Shown here one piece after another: positions 47,410 through 56,122 of a stretch of DNA of 64,000 bases. The notes beneath the pieces were generated by a model that was not told the origin of the DNA, did no database searches, and saw only the letters and a program-made list of their open reading frames with translations. The stretch is taken from positions 16,398 through 80,397 of the forward strand of contig CALFER010000076.1 of NCBI GenBank assembly GCA_937951895.1. Direction: 5' to 3'. The position numbers and the translations under genes were made by a program. The stretch is from an uncultured bacterium (GTDB lineage: Bacteria; CSSED10-310; CALFER01). Each line of letters starts with the position of its first letter. Position 1 is the first letter of the stretch.

Positions 47410-48417
47410 ATGAATCAACACGATCACAGATTCGCTTTCGGGGTCGTCCCCTCACGGCGACTCGGAAACAGTCTCGGGATTAACTCGATTCCTTATAAAA
47501 CCTGCAGCTACGACTGTTCGTACTGCCAGGTCGGTCCGACTGTGGGTCGGACGATTGACCGGCGGCGTTTCTTTCCGGTCGAAACGATCATCCGGGCCGC
47601 ATCAGGATGCATGGCACCTGAGCATGCTCCTCCTCCCTGCATCGACTTCATCACGATAGTCCCGGATGGTGAACCGACACTCGACGCCGAACTCGGTTCC
47701 CTCATCGAGCAGCTTCATACGCTCAGTCACCGCGTCGCCGTGATCACAAACGGATCGTTGCTCTGGCGGGAGGATGTCAGGGAAGACCTCATGGCAGCTG
47801 ACTGGATCAGTGTCAAGATCGATACGATCGATCCGGATATCTGGCGACGGATCAACCGCCCTCACGAGTCGCTTGATCTCACACGGATTCTCGAAGGGAT
47901 AAGTCGCTTTGCACAAGCATTTACCGGAACACTGGTTACTGAAACCATGCTGGTCGATGGATTCAATCACTCCGACACATCGATCGAAAATCTCGCAGGA
48001 TTCATCCGATCGCTTCACCCTTCCAAAGCCTATCTCAGCATTCCGATTCGGCCGCCTGTTCGGAGCGGCGTGCGTCCACCCGACGCAAGCAGGTTGACCA
48101 GAGTGATTTCGATCATGGCTGAACACGGTGTTCCGGTTGTCGACCTGTTCGAGCATGAATCCGATCCCTTCCAGATATCATCGGATCTCGAAAACCAGTT
48201 GCTCGGCATCACCGCCGTTCATCCGATCCGGGAAGAGGCATTGCTGGATATCGTGACCCGTTCTGGAATGGATTGGGAGGTGATCCGAAACATGATCGAA
48301 AACGGTCTGTTGATTCGAACCGTTCACAACGGGCACGTTTTTTATCGGAAGGCACACAGGCAAAAGGATATCTCGGGAACAGAACCAATCGGGGGTAAGG
48401 AGATGGTCGATGCATGA
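47410..48417 (+). CDS. Radical SAM domain protein
   Basis: The start is refined to the ATG at 47410. The CxxxCxxC motif is 'CSYDCSYC'. The Gly-rich SAM region is 'IVPDGEPTL'. Confidence 0.7.
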   Translation: MNQHDHRFAFGVVPSRRLGNSLGINSIPYKTCSYDCSYCQVGPTVGRTIDRRRFFPVETIIRAASGCMAPEHAPPPCIDFITIVPDGEPTLDAELGSLIEQLHTLSHRVAVITNGSLLWREDVREDLMAADWISVKIDTIDPDIWRRINRPHESLDLTRILEGISRFAQAFTGTLVTETMLVDGFNHSDTSIENLAGFIRSLHPSKAYLSIPIRPPVRSGVRPPDASRLTRVISIMAEHGVPVVDLFEHESDPFQISSDLENQLLGITAVHPIREEALLDIVTRSGMDWEVIRNMIENGLLIRTVHNGHVFYRKAHRQKDISGTEPIGGKEMVDA

Positions 48418-49288
48418 GTATGTCATTATCAGCGGAAAGGGTGGGACGGGTAAAACGAGTATGACCGCGTCGTTTGCGTATCTTGCGGGGCAATCCGTCA
48501 TCGTGGACTGCGACGTCGATGCCGCCGACCTGCATCTCGTTCTGTCCCCCCGGATCGTCACGCAGCATGAGTTTTTCAGCGGACATGAAGCGCGTATCCG
48601 CGAGGATCTCTGTACCGGATGCGGGGTATGTCACGAGGTGTGTCGCTTTGAAGCGGTTCATGACATTTCGAAACCCGATGGAACAACAGGGTACCGCATC
48701 GATCCGATCGCCTGTGAAGGCTGCGGGGTCTGTGTGCGATTCTGTCCGGCGAAGGCGATTGACTTTCCGGAAAAGCGCTGCGGGACGTGGATGATTTCCG
48801 AAACCCGCTGCGGTCCGATGGTGCATGCCCGGTTGGGGGTTGCCGCCGAGAATTCCGGGAAACTGGTGTCGACGGTCCGCCGGGAAGCGCGTCGGCTGGC
48901 TGAAACGCAGCATCGGTCGCTGATCCTGGTCGATGGTCCGCCCGGGATCGGCTGCCCCGTTATCGCATCCCTGACCGGCGCCACAAAAGTGCTCGTGGTC
49001 ACCGAACCGACCGTATCGGGTGAGCACGATCTGAAGCGGGTGCTCGCCTTGACCCGCCATTTCAGAATCCCGACTGCGATCTGCGTCAACAAATGGGATC
49101 TCAATCCACACCTGACGGACCGGATCGAAGCCGTCGCTCTCGAATCGGGCGCACGCGTTGCCGGCAGGGTGCGATATGATTCCGGAGTAACCGCCGCGCA
49201 GCTTCAGCAGCGATCAGTAGTTGAAACTTCCGCGCCGAGCGCGCGCGATATCGTAACGACCTGGCATCAAATTCAGGAGGCATCGTAG
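48410..49288 (+). CDS. MinD/ParA-superfamily P-loop ATPase with 2x[4Fe-4S] ferredoxin insert (second copy)
   Basis: The P-loop is 'ISGKGGTGKTS'. The ferredoxin motifs are 'CTGCGVCHEVCRFEAV' and 'CEGCGVCVRFCPAKAI'. Confidence 0.8.
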   Translation: MHEYVIISGKGGTGKTSMTASFAYLAGQSVIVDCDVDAADLHLVLSPRIVTQHEFFSGHEARIREDLCTGCGVCHEVCRFEAVHDISKPDGTTGYRIDPIACEGCGVCVRFCPAKAIDFPEKRCGTWMISETRCGPMVHARLGVAAENSGKLVSTVRREARRLAETQHRSLILVDGPPGIGCPVIASLTGATKVLVVTEPTVSGEHDLKRVLALTRHFRIPTAICVNKWDLNPHLTDRIEAVALESGARVAGRVRYDSGVTAAQLQQRSVVETSAPSARDIVTTWHQIQEAS

Positions 49289-49289
49289 T

Positions 49290-50588
49290 ATGAATTCGAA
49301 TCCGATCACCGGTATGTCAGCTCTGGCAACCGAACTTGCCGTGCATCCAAAAAACGCGAACCCTCTCCCGGATTTCAGTTCCCATGGAACGATCAAAGGT
49401 CCCTGCGGAGACACCATGGCGATCTGGCTGGCATTCCGAGGGGATCGTGTGGCTGGCGCCTCGTTCGTGACCGACGGGTGCGGATCATCACGGGCCTGTG
49501 CCAGCATGGCCACGATCCTGGCTGAAGGCAAAACACTCGATGAAGTTGAAGCAATCCGCCAGGAGGACATATTGACCGCATTGGGAGGTATTCCGGCGGA
49601 GTATCAGCATTGTGCATTGCTGGCAACGGATACGCTGAAAAAAGCGTGCAAAAGCTACCGTCAGAACCGAATCGTTTTCAAATCGGCCGCTCCCCATGCC
49701 GCATCGTCCTGCTCCTCATGTAAAAATGCGGATTGCAGCGCGGCATCCAGACTGAAAGATGAGACTGACGAAGACTATGCAGATCGCCGGCAATTGCAGG
49801 CCAGATTGTGCCGGATCGAGCGGAAAATCGTCGTGCTGTCCGGAAAAGGCGGCGTCGGGAAAAGCACTGTCGCGGTCAATCTCGCCTGTGCACTCATGCT
49901 CTCGGGTAAAAAAGTCGGATTGCTCGATGTGGATATTCACGGTCCGAGCATTCCCACCATGTTGAATCTCTCCGAAGCGCGACTCCAGGGAAACCGCGAC
50001 GGTTTCCTGCCGATCGAAATCGGTGATCTCAAGGTCATGTCTCTGGGATTTCTTCTCAGGAACCAAGACGATGCCGTGATCTGGCGCGGGCCGATGAAAA
50101 TGGGTGTGATCAAACAGTTTCTGAAGGATGTTCAGTGGGGCGATCTGGACTATCTCATCATCGATTCTCCGCCGGGAACCGGTGACGAGCCGCTCTCGGT
50201 ATGCCAGCTCATCGGCTCCCTCGATGGCGCCGTCATCGTCACGACACCTCAGAAGGTCGCTTCGGTCGATGTGCGCAAATCGGTTTCCTTCTGCAGGCAA
50301 CTGCGCGTGCCGGTGATTGGTGTCGTCGAGAACATGAGCGGATTTGTGTGCCCGAAGTGCGGGGAGATCACCCAGATTCTGCCGGCTGGCGGTGGACGGG
50401 CGATTGCTCAAGACATGAATGTGCCGTTCCTGGGTGCTATTCCACTGGATCCTTCGATCGCCGAGGCGGGTGACGAAGGCAAGGCATTCATTCATCACTG
50501 GATGGATACCGCGACCGCGCAGATCATGAACCGTATCATATCGAACATCGCATCGATCGATCCCGGCACACCCTCGCAGGGATCATGA
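49290..50588 (+). CDS. NifU/IscU-like scaffold domain fused to Mrp/NBP35/ApbC-type Fe-S cluster carrier ATPase
   Basis: The N-terminus carries the three Cys positions of U-type scaffolds: 'GPCGDTMAIWL', 'DGCGSSRAC' and 'HCALLATD'. The C-terminal Mrp-like domain has the P-loop 'SGKGGVGKST', 'DIHGPSIP' and the 'CPKCGE' CxxC motif. Confidence 0.8.
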   Translation: MNSNPITGMSALATELAVHPKNANPLPDFSSHGTIKGPCGDTMAIWLAFRGDRVAGASFVTDGCGSSRACASMATILAEGKTLDEVEAIRQEDILTALGGIPAEYQHCALLATDTLKKACKSYRQNRIVFKSAAPHAASSCSSCKNADCSAASRLKDETDEDYADRRQLQARLCRIERKIVVLSGKGGVGKSTVAVNLACALMLSGKKVGLLDVDIHGPSIPTMLNLSEARLQGNRDGFLPIEIGDLKVMSLGFLLRNQDDAVIWRGPMKMGVIKQFLKDVQWGDLDYLIIDSPPGTGDEPLSVCQLIGSLDGAVIVTTPQKVASVDVRKSVSFCRQLRVPVIGVVENMSGFVCPKCGEITQILPAGGGRAIAQDMNVPFLGAIPLDPSIAEAGDEGKAFIHHWMDTATAQIMNRIISNIASIDPGTPSQGS

Positions 50589-50604
50589 ACGAAGGAGAAT
50601 CAGG

Positions 50605-50943
50605 ATGAAGATCGCTATTCCATTGGCTCAAGGAAAATTGTCGCTGCATTTCGGTCATTGCGAGCAGTTCGCGATGATCGATGTTGACGCCGGTACGAAG
50701 ACAATCGTTCACAGAGAGGATATCGTCGCCCCGCCGCATGAACCCGGCCTGTTGCCGAGATGGCTTGCCGAGCGTGGAGCCGACATGATCATTGCAGGCG
50801 GCATGGGGCAGCGCGCGCAGAGTCTTTTCGAGCAGAATCGGATCGAGGTGTTGATCGGCGCTCCTTCCGACACGCCGGAGCGACTGGTGGAGGCATACCT
50901 CGGTGGAACACTCCAGTCCGGGGACAATGTGTGCGACCATTAA
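50605..50943 (+). CDS. NifX/NifB-like (Nitro_FeMo-Co) domain protein (third copy)
   Basis: 'MKIAIPLAQGKLSLHFGHCEQFAMIDVD' matches the family. A GAAGGAGAA SD is present. Confidence 0.75.
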   Translation: MKIAIPLAQGKLSLHFGHCEQFAMIDVDAGTKTIVHREDIVAPPHEPGLLPRWLAERGADMIIAGGMGQRAQSLFEQNRIEVLIGAPSDTPERLVEAYLGGTLQSGDNVCDH

Positions 50944-51081
50944 AATAATCAGCCATCGGGGCGAATACTGAGACGATACTGAGACGATCGTTCCGTACGT
51001 TCATCACAGGGATGCCTGCTTGGATCAATGTGTCCGGCATGCCAGGGAACATATGGATGATTCCGAAGGAGGAACGATCGC

Positions 51082-53319
51082 ATGAAACAAATGGAGTTCG
51101 TCTGCGCGCGACCGATGGGATGGATTGAGTCGACAGATCATGAGCGGGAAGCAGGATGTCGGTTCGCGACACTGATCATCCTGAGTATCCTGGCTCTCTG
51201 TATTGCCTGTGGACCCATGCAGGCGATGGTTGCTCAGGATAATCCGGACGTCCGGGTCCTGATGCTCATTCCTCATCATTGGGGAGCGAACACGATTCTC
51301 AATCTCAACAACTTCAAAAGCATGGGTTGGAATCTGACTGCGGCGGGTCTGACTCAGGATGTCGAGCCGTGTGCATGGTTCAAAAACAGCACCGGCGTCT
51401 CCTCTTTCCATACGGACGTTCTGATCTCGGACATCGACGATGTCAGCCGGTATGATGTCCTCGCGATCATGTCATCGAGCAGTCGGTATGGACAGAATCC
51501 CTACGGCGATCTTCTCGGGAGTCCCGAAACACTGACTCTGGTGCAGTCTGCGGTTCAGAACGGATTGGTTGTCTGGGCGACCTGTGCCGGTGTGCGGGTT
51601 CTGGCTGCGGCGGATGTGATCGAGGGTCGCAACGTGGTGGGATCGGCTCGATTTGCCGCCGAGTATGCCGCTGCCGGCGCAACCTTTCTCGGCGACGACC
51701 ACGCCCCGGTCATCGATGGCCCGATCGTGACGGCTGTTCGTGGTAACTACTATAACTATCACATCGCCGAGGCGATCGCCGTGGCTCTCGAACAACAGCC
51801 TGCCCGGTATCGACCCCTCGGAAAAGAAACGATCGAGTTGAATCAGCGGGATCTGCAGTGGTCGAACATCGACTGGGGAAAGGCGTTCGGGACGGACGCA
51901 TCGATCTGCGTGCGCGGTGTTTGTGCCGGCGAGGATGGCGGGTACGCCCTGGTTGGAATGATATCGACAATCGGGGGTTCAGATCTGATTCTGATCCTTG
52001 TCGATGCGTCCGGGAATCTGATCCGGTCGAAACAATTCGGCGGGGAACGCACGGATGACGGACACGCGATCTGCTCAGCCGCGGACGGGGGATATGTTCT
52101 TGCTGGTGTCAGCAACTCGTTTTCGTCGGATGGAAACCGTGATTTTTATGTTGTCCGGACAACGGCCCGGGGGGATCTCGTGTGGCAGAAGACCTTTGGC
52201 GGTTCCGCACTCGACTCGGCAAGCTCGGTTTGCCGGATCGAAAACGGCGGATATGTCATCTGCGGACGGACGGAAACCAAAGGTGCGGGTGAAGACGATG
52301 CCTGGATCATCCGAATAGACGATACGGGCGGGATGGTCTGGGAGGCGATTTTCGGCGGAACCCGCACGGATTCAGCAACGTATGTGACGGAATCCCGCGA
52401 TGGCAATGTTCTCGTGAGCATCGCCTGCGGATCTCCGGAATACAGCTCGAAAAACATGGATGATGCCATCCTTGCACTCGATTCATCCGGCCGTCCGCTC
52501 TGGTGGCATACATACAACAACGAATCCGGAGAAGGGTACGATTATCCGATGTCCCTCATCGAGACGGCTGATCGCGGGATCGTGATCACCGGATCGAGTG
52601 ACACGACTGTTCCGGTGGATTGCACGATCATCAAAACCGGACCGGATGGTACCCCGGAATGGACTCGGACCGAGGAAGGATCCTTTCATGAATTCGGAAT
52701 ACACACGATCGAATTGAATGATGGAACCATAAGCCTCGCGAACATCGATCAACCGGATCAATGGAATACCGACGCATGGCTGATCCGCCACGAGCGCACC
52801 GGCTCGGTTCGATGGGATCGGATCGCAGGAGGTGTTGAACATGATTGGGCGACCGCCATGTGCCGATCGACTGATTCCAGTATCATTGTCGTCGGTCACA
52901 CACAGTCGGTTTCATTGGATTGCCATGAGGCATTCATTGCGAAAATCCCCGCGGATTTCCTGTCTGTTCCTTCGGTCGAACTCGTGATGCCATCTGATTC
53001 GTTCGGCCCCGGTGATCTGTTTTCGATGGATGTCAGGATCTGGAACCCTGGCCTTGAAACGGTTCACTCGATTCCGCTATTCGTGATCCTGGACGTTTAC
53101 GGTGCGTTCTTTTTCTTCCCCGGATGGACTCGAGAGGCGGATTGGGAGAAAATCGATGTCCGGCCGGGAGCGGATCAGCACAGCGTGATCGGTCAATTCG
53201 AATGGCCCGGAGATGCTGGTTCAGCCGAGGGAATCGGAGTCTACGCCGCTATGACCGATTCTGCTGTGACCGAACTCTGGGGTGAATACGATCATCTCAC
53301 GTTCGGCTGGCATCCATGA
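51082..53319 (+). CDS. Secreted DJ-1/PfpI-like (class I glutamine amidotransferase-like) domain - SBBP beta-propeller repeats - novel C-terminal domain protein
   Basis: An AAGGAGG SD is present. The N-terminal domain has the nucleophile-elbow-like 'VVWATCAGVRVLAAADVI'. About 6 SBBP-type repeats are present ('DGGYVLAGVSNSFSSDGNRDFYVVRTTARGDLVWQKTFGG'). The C-terminal domain is 'LFVILDVYGAFFFFPGW...FEWPGD...FGWHP'. Confidence 0.65.
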   Translation: MKQMEFVCARPMGWIESTDHEREAGCRFATLIILSILALCIACGPMQAMVAQDNPDVRVLMLIPHHWGANTILNLNNFKSMGWNLTAAGLTQDVEPCAWFKNSTGVSSFHTDVLISDIDDVSRYDVLAIMSSSSRYGQNPYGDLLGSPETLTLVQSAVQNGLVVWATCAGVRVLAAADVIEGRNVVGSARFAAEYAAAGATFLGDDHAPVIDGPIVTAVRGNYYNYHIAEAIAVALEQQPARYRPLGKETIELNQRDLQWSNIDWGKAFGTDASICVRGVCAGEDGGYALVGMISTIGGSDLILILVDASGNLIRSKQFGGERTDDGHAICSAADGGYVLAGVSNSFSSDGNRDFYVVRTTARGDLVWQKTFGGSALDSASSVCRIENGGYVICGRTETKGAGEDDAWIIRIDDTGGMVWEAIFGGTRTDSATYVTESRDGNVLVSIACGSPEYSSKNMDDAILALDSSGRPLWWHTYNNESGEGYDYPMSLIETADRGIVITGSSDTTVPVDCTIIKTGPDGTPEWTRTEEGSFHEFGIHTIELNDGTISLANIDQPDQWNTDAWLIRHERTGSVRWDRIAGGVEHDWATAMCRSTDSSIIVVGHTQSVSLDCHEAFIAKIPADFLSVPSVELVMPSDSFGPGDLFSMDVRIWNPGLETVHSIPLFVILDVYGAFFFFPGWTREADWEKIDVRPGADQHSVIGQFEWPGDAGSAEGIGVYAAMTDSAVTELWGEYDHLTFGWHP

Positions 53320-55981
53320 TGATCTCGCTGAGCCGGGATAATCTGACACTGATTTCTTTGATACCGAGCGGATTGACGATCTCCCGGGCCAACGTGAGTG
53401 CCTCTTCATACAACGTTTGAGCCAGGGATAGCTCTCCGCTGCGCATCGCCACTCTTCCCAGACCTTGCAGACAATTGATCATGCCTCCGAAATCGGCGTC
53501 GATTCCGCGGCGCAGGTCGAGACTGTCGCGGTAGTACCGGTCTGCCCGTTCATCATCCGATGCATCCTCGAAAAACCGGCCAAGCATCTCGAGAGACATC
53601 GCGATTCCCCATTCATCTCCGATTCTGCGCCGGATCGACAGGCTCTCCTCGATTGCGGCATGCGCTGCCGACCAGTCTCCCAATTCGTAGAGGTGTGCGC
53701 CGACGGCTTCGAGATTCATCGCGACACCCCAATCATCTCGCCGACTGCGAAAGATCGTATCGACCCGGCGAAGTCGATCGAGATGATCCGGTATCGGTTC
53801 GGTTGATCCAATGAATGAACACAGATCAAACACGACCGCCCACTCGGCAGGATCCAGCTCCGGAGAGAGTTGCTGCAGTGCCTGATTCAGCAGTGTCTGC
53901 GCATTCTCTTTGCTGGCGAATCGCTGAAACCATCCATCGAAAGCCCGGCACATGGCGCTGATTCGCCTGCGTTCATCGGAGGTGGGATTCGATTGCCATC
54001 CCGGTCCGAATAAAGCGCACGCGTCCATGTTTCGGCTTCCGAGATCGAAAAAAATGAACAGAGGAAGAAGACATGCATCGATGGCGCGCAGTGCGTCGTG
54101 CTCGATCGCCCATCGCCATGCGAGCCTGATGTTGTCGATCTCTGCAACCAATGCACGCAATGCGTCCTTCTGGCGTGTTCCCTTCAGGTCGTCACTCAGC
54201 GATTGAACCAATCCCAGAAAATACTCCGCGTGAATTCGTTCCGCACGATCCCATTCGACCGGATCCGATTTCAATCGATCCCAGGCGAACTGGCGAATGA
54301 TCTCATGAATTTCAAACCGACTGTCTGCGGCTTTCCGGACCAATGATTTATCGATCAGGCGCGCGAGATCCTGCAGGTCGATCCCGGTAACTGCGCGCGC
54401 CGAATCCAGCGTGCATCCGCCACGCATGACGGCCAATCGGTTCAGGGTGGTCCGGTCTCCGGGGTCGAGTAAATTCCAGGAGTGATCGAAAACCGCCCTG
54501 AGCGACCGGTGACGTTCCGGACTGTCCTGATGCCTGCTGATCAAAAACCCCAGACTGCGCTCAATTTCACTCGCAATCTCATCACATGACAGCACATTGA
54601 TCCAAGAGGCCGCGAGCTCGATCGCCAACGGATTGCCCCCGACGAGCGAGCAGATTCGGTCGACTGCATCCGGATTGAACCGAGTCGATTCGGACTGACT
54701 GGAATTGCGGTGTGCGACGAGAATAAAAAACGGGATTGCGTCGCACTGCATGCCGGCAAGCTCATACACATGTTCCGCATCGAGATTGAGTCGCTCGCGT
54801 GAGGTGACCAGCACGCGGATGTCCGGTGCCGAGAGGAGTAACTCAGGCAGAAACGCCAGCCCCTCCACGAGATGATCCGCATTGTCGATGATCATGAGAA
54901 GATGCTTCGGTCTCAGTGCGTCGCGGATCCGCGGAGTATGCAGATCCAGTGCATCCTCGATTGCAGAGAGAATGAATTCCGGTGAGGTGACCGGCGCCAG
55001 ATTGATCCAGATTGCGCCATCCGAATACTGCTGTTCGATCCGATGGCCGGATTCCAGAGCCAATCGTGTCTTGCCGCTGCCGCCCGGTCCGGTCAGGGTC
55101 AGGAGCCGGATGGCTGGATTCGACAGCATCGCGATGAGATGGTCGAGTTCCTGCTGTCGACCGAAAAACGGCGTCATCGATTCGGGCAACGTGAAACGAC
55201 GGTTGAATTCTCGCCGTTGAGGTGCCGTATGTGACTGAATACGGTTCAGAAGCACCGAGGTTTCTCTGGACGGTGAAGCGCCTGTTTCATCCCGCAAAGC
55301 ATCGCGGCATATCTCAAATTGCCGGATCGCATCGGCGGTCCGGCCGGTCTGCCACAGTATCGACATGACGGTGCGATGCGCCTTTTCATCCGCCTGGTCC
55401 AGAGCGAGCAGACTCCGCGCATGCCGGATCGCTCGATCGAAGTGGCCGCGATTGTAATAGTCATCGATCAGCAGATTCAGCAAGTGTGTCTGTTCCGTCT
55501 GGAACCGGGCGACCTGCCCGGAGACCCAATGCTCGAACTCAACACTATCCCTCAGTGAATATCCGTTCATGAACGGTGCAAAATGGAGCGCGATGGCAGC
55601 CTCGATTTGGTCCCGATTGGAAGCGCTCAAGGGTCCCGCGGATGGAGGATTCGATGAAAAGAGTGAGTAACAGGTCCGGAATTCCAGCGCATCGATACGG
55701 ATTGAGCGGGTATTCAGTTGCACGTTCTGTCTGCCGGCCGTGAAAATGCCGGCAATGGGAGACCGATTCATTTCGTACAACGTATTGCGGAGTTGTTTGC
55801 GTGCCTGCTCCGGATTCGCTTCCGGCCATAGCAACGCCAGAAGTGTTTCTCGCGGGCAGGGATTCCGCTCGAGCGCCAGAAAGGCGAGAAGCGCGAAAGC
55901 GGCACGGCGTTCCAGAGCCAGGGCAGTGCCTGCGACCTGGAGGCGCGGAGGACCGAAAAGAGCGAGAAGCGGAACATCCAT
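53297..55981 (-). CDS. AfsR/SARP-family transcriptional regulator (winged-helix DNA-binding + BTAD + NB-ARC/AAA ATPase + TPR)
   Basis: The N-terminus 'ALFGPPRLQVAGTALALERRAAFALLAFLALE...LLALLWPE' is an OmpR/SARP-type winged-helix domain. A BTAD helical region follows. The P-loop is 'GPGGSGKTRLALE'. A C-terminal TPR-like region is present. Confidence 0.7.
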   Translation of the reverse strand: MDVPLLALFGPPRLQVAGTALALERRAAFALLAFLALERNPCPRETLLALLWPEANPEQARKQLRNTLYEMNRSPIAGIFTAGRQNVQLNTRSIRIDALEFRTCYSLFSSNPPSAGPLSASNRDQIEAAIALHFAPFMNGYSLRDSVEFEHWVSGQVARFQTEQTHLLNLLIDDYYNRGHFDRAIRHARSLLALDQADEKAHRTVMSILWQTGRTADAIRQFEICRDALRDETGASPSRETSVLLNRIQSHTAPQRREFNRRFTLPESMTPFFGRQQELDHLIAMLSNPAIRLLTLTGPGGSGKTRLALESGHRIEQQYSDGAIWINLAPVTSPEFILSAIEDALDLHTPRIRDALRPKHLLMIIDNADHLVEGLAFLPELLLSAPDIRVLVTSRERLNLDAEHVYELAGMQCDAIPFFILVAHRNSSQSESTRFNPDAVDRICSLVGGNPLAIELAASWINVLSCDEIASEIERSLGFLISRHQDSPERHRSLRAVFDHSWNLLDPGDRTTLNRLAVMRGGCTLDSARAVTGIDLQDLARLIDKSLVRKAADSRFEIHEIIRQFAWDRLKSDPVEWDRAERIHAEYFLGLVQSLSDDLKGTRQKDALRALVAEIDNIRLAWRWAIEHDALRAIDACLLPLFIFFDLGSRNMDACALFGPGWQSNPTSDERRRISAMCRAFDGWFQRFASKENAQTLLNQALQQLSPELDPAEWAVVFDLCSFIGSTEPIPDHLDRLRRVDTIFRSRRDDWGVAMNLEAVGAHLYELGDWSAAHAAIEESLSIRRRIGDEWGIAMSLEMLGRFFEDASDDERADRYYRDSLDLRRGIDADFGGMINCLQGLGRVAMRSGELSLAQTLYEEALTLAREIVNPLGIKEISVRLSRLSEIIMDASRT

Positions 55982-56122
55982 ACCGGAATTCTAGCCGTTC
56001 TTCAGTCGCCAGTCCATTGTCCCGCTCCACGAGTACCGCTTTCCGCCGTTTGACTTGGGGAGCAAATTCAGATCTAATTCAGCTATCCAAATGGATTCGA
56101 ACAGGGCGGTCGGGAGGAGGTC

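Noticed and set aside
50966-50987. A tandem 11-bp repeat TACTGAGACGA x2 downstream of the Fe-S operon.
   Set aside because: It has only two copies and no flanking structure. It is most likely chance or a minor slippage product. It is not a CRISPR or a terminator.
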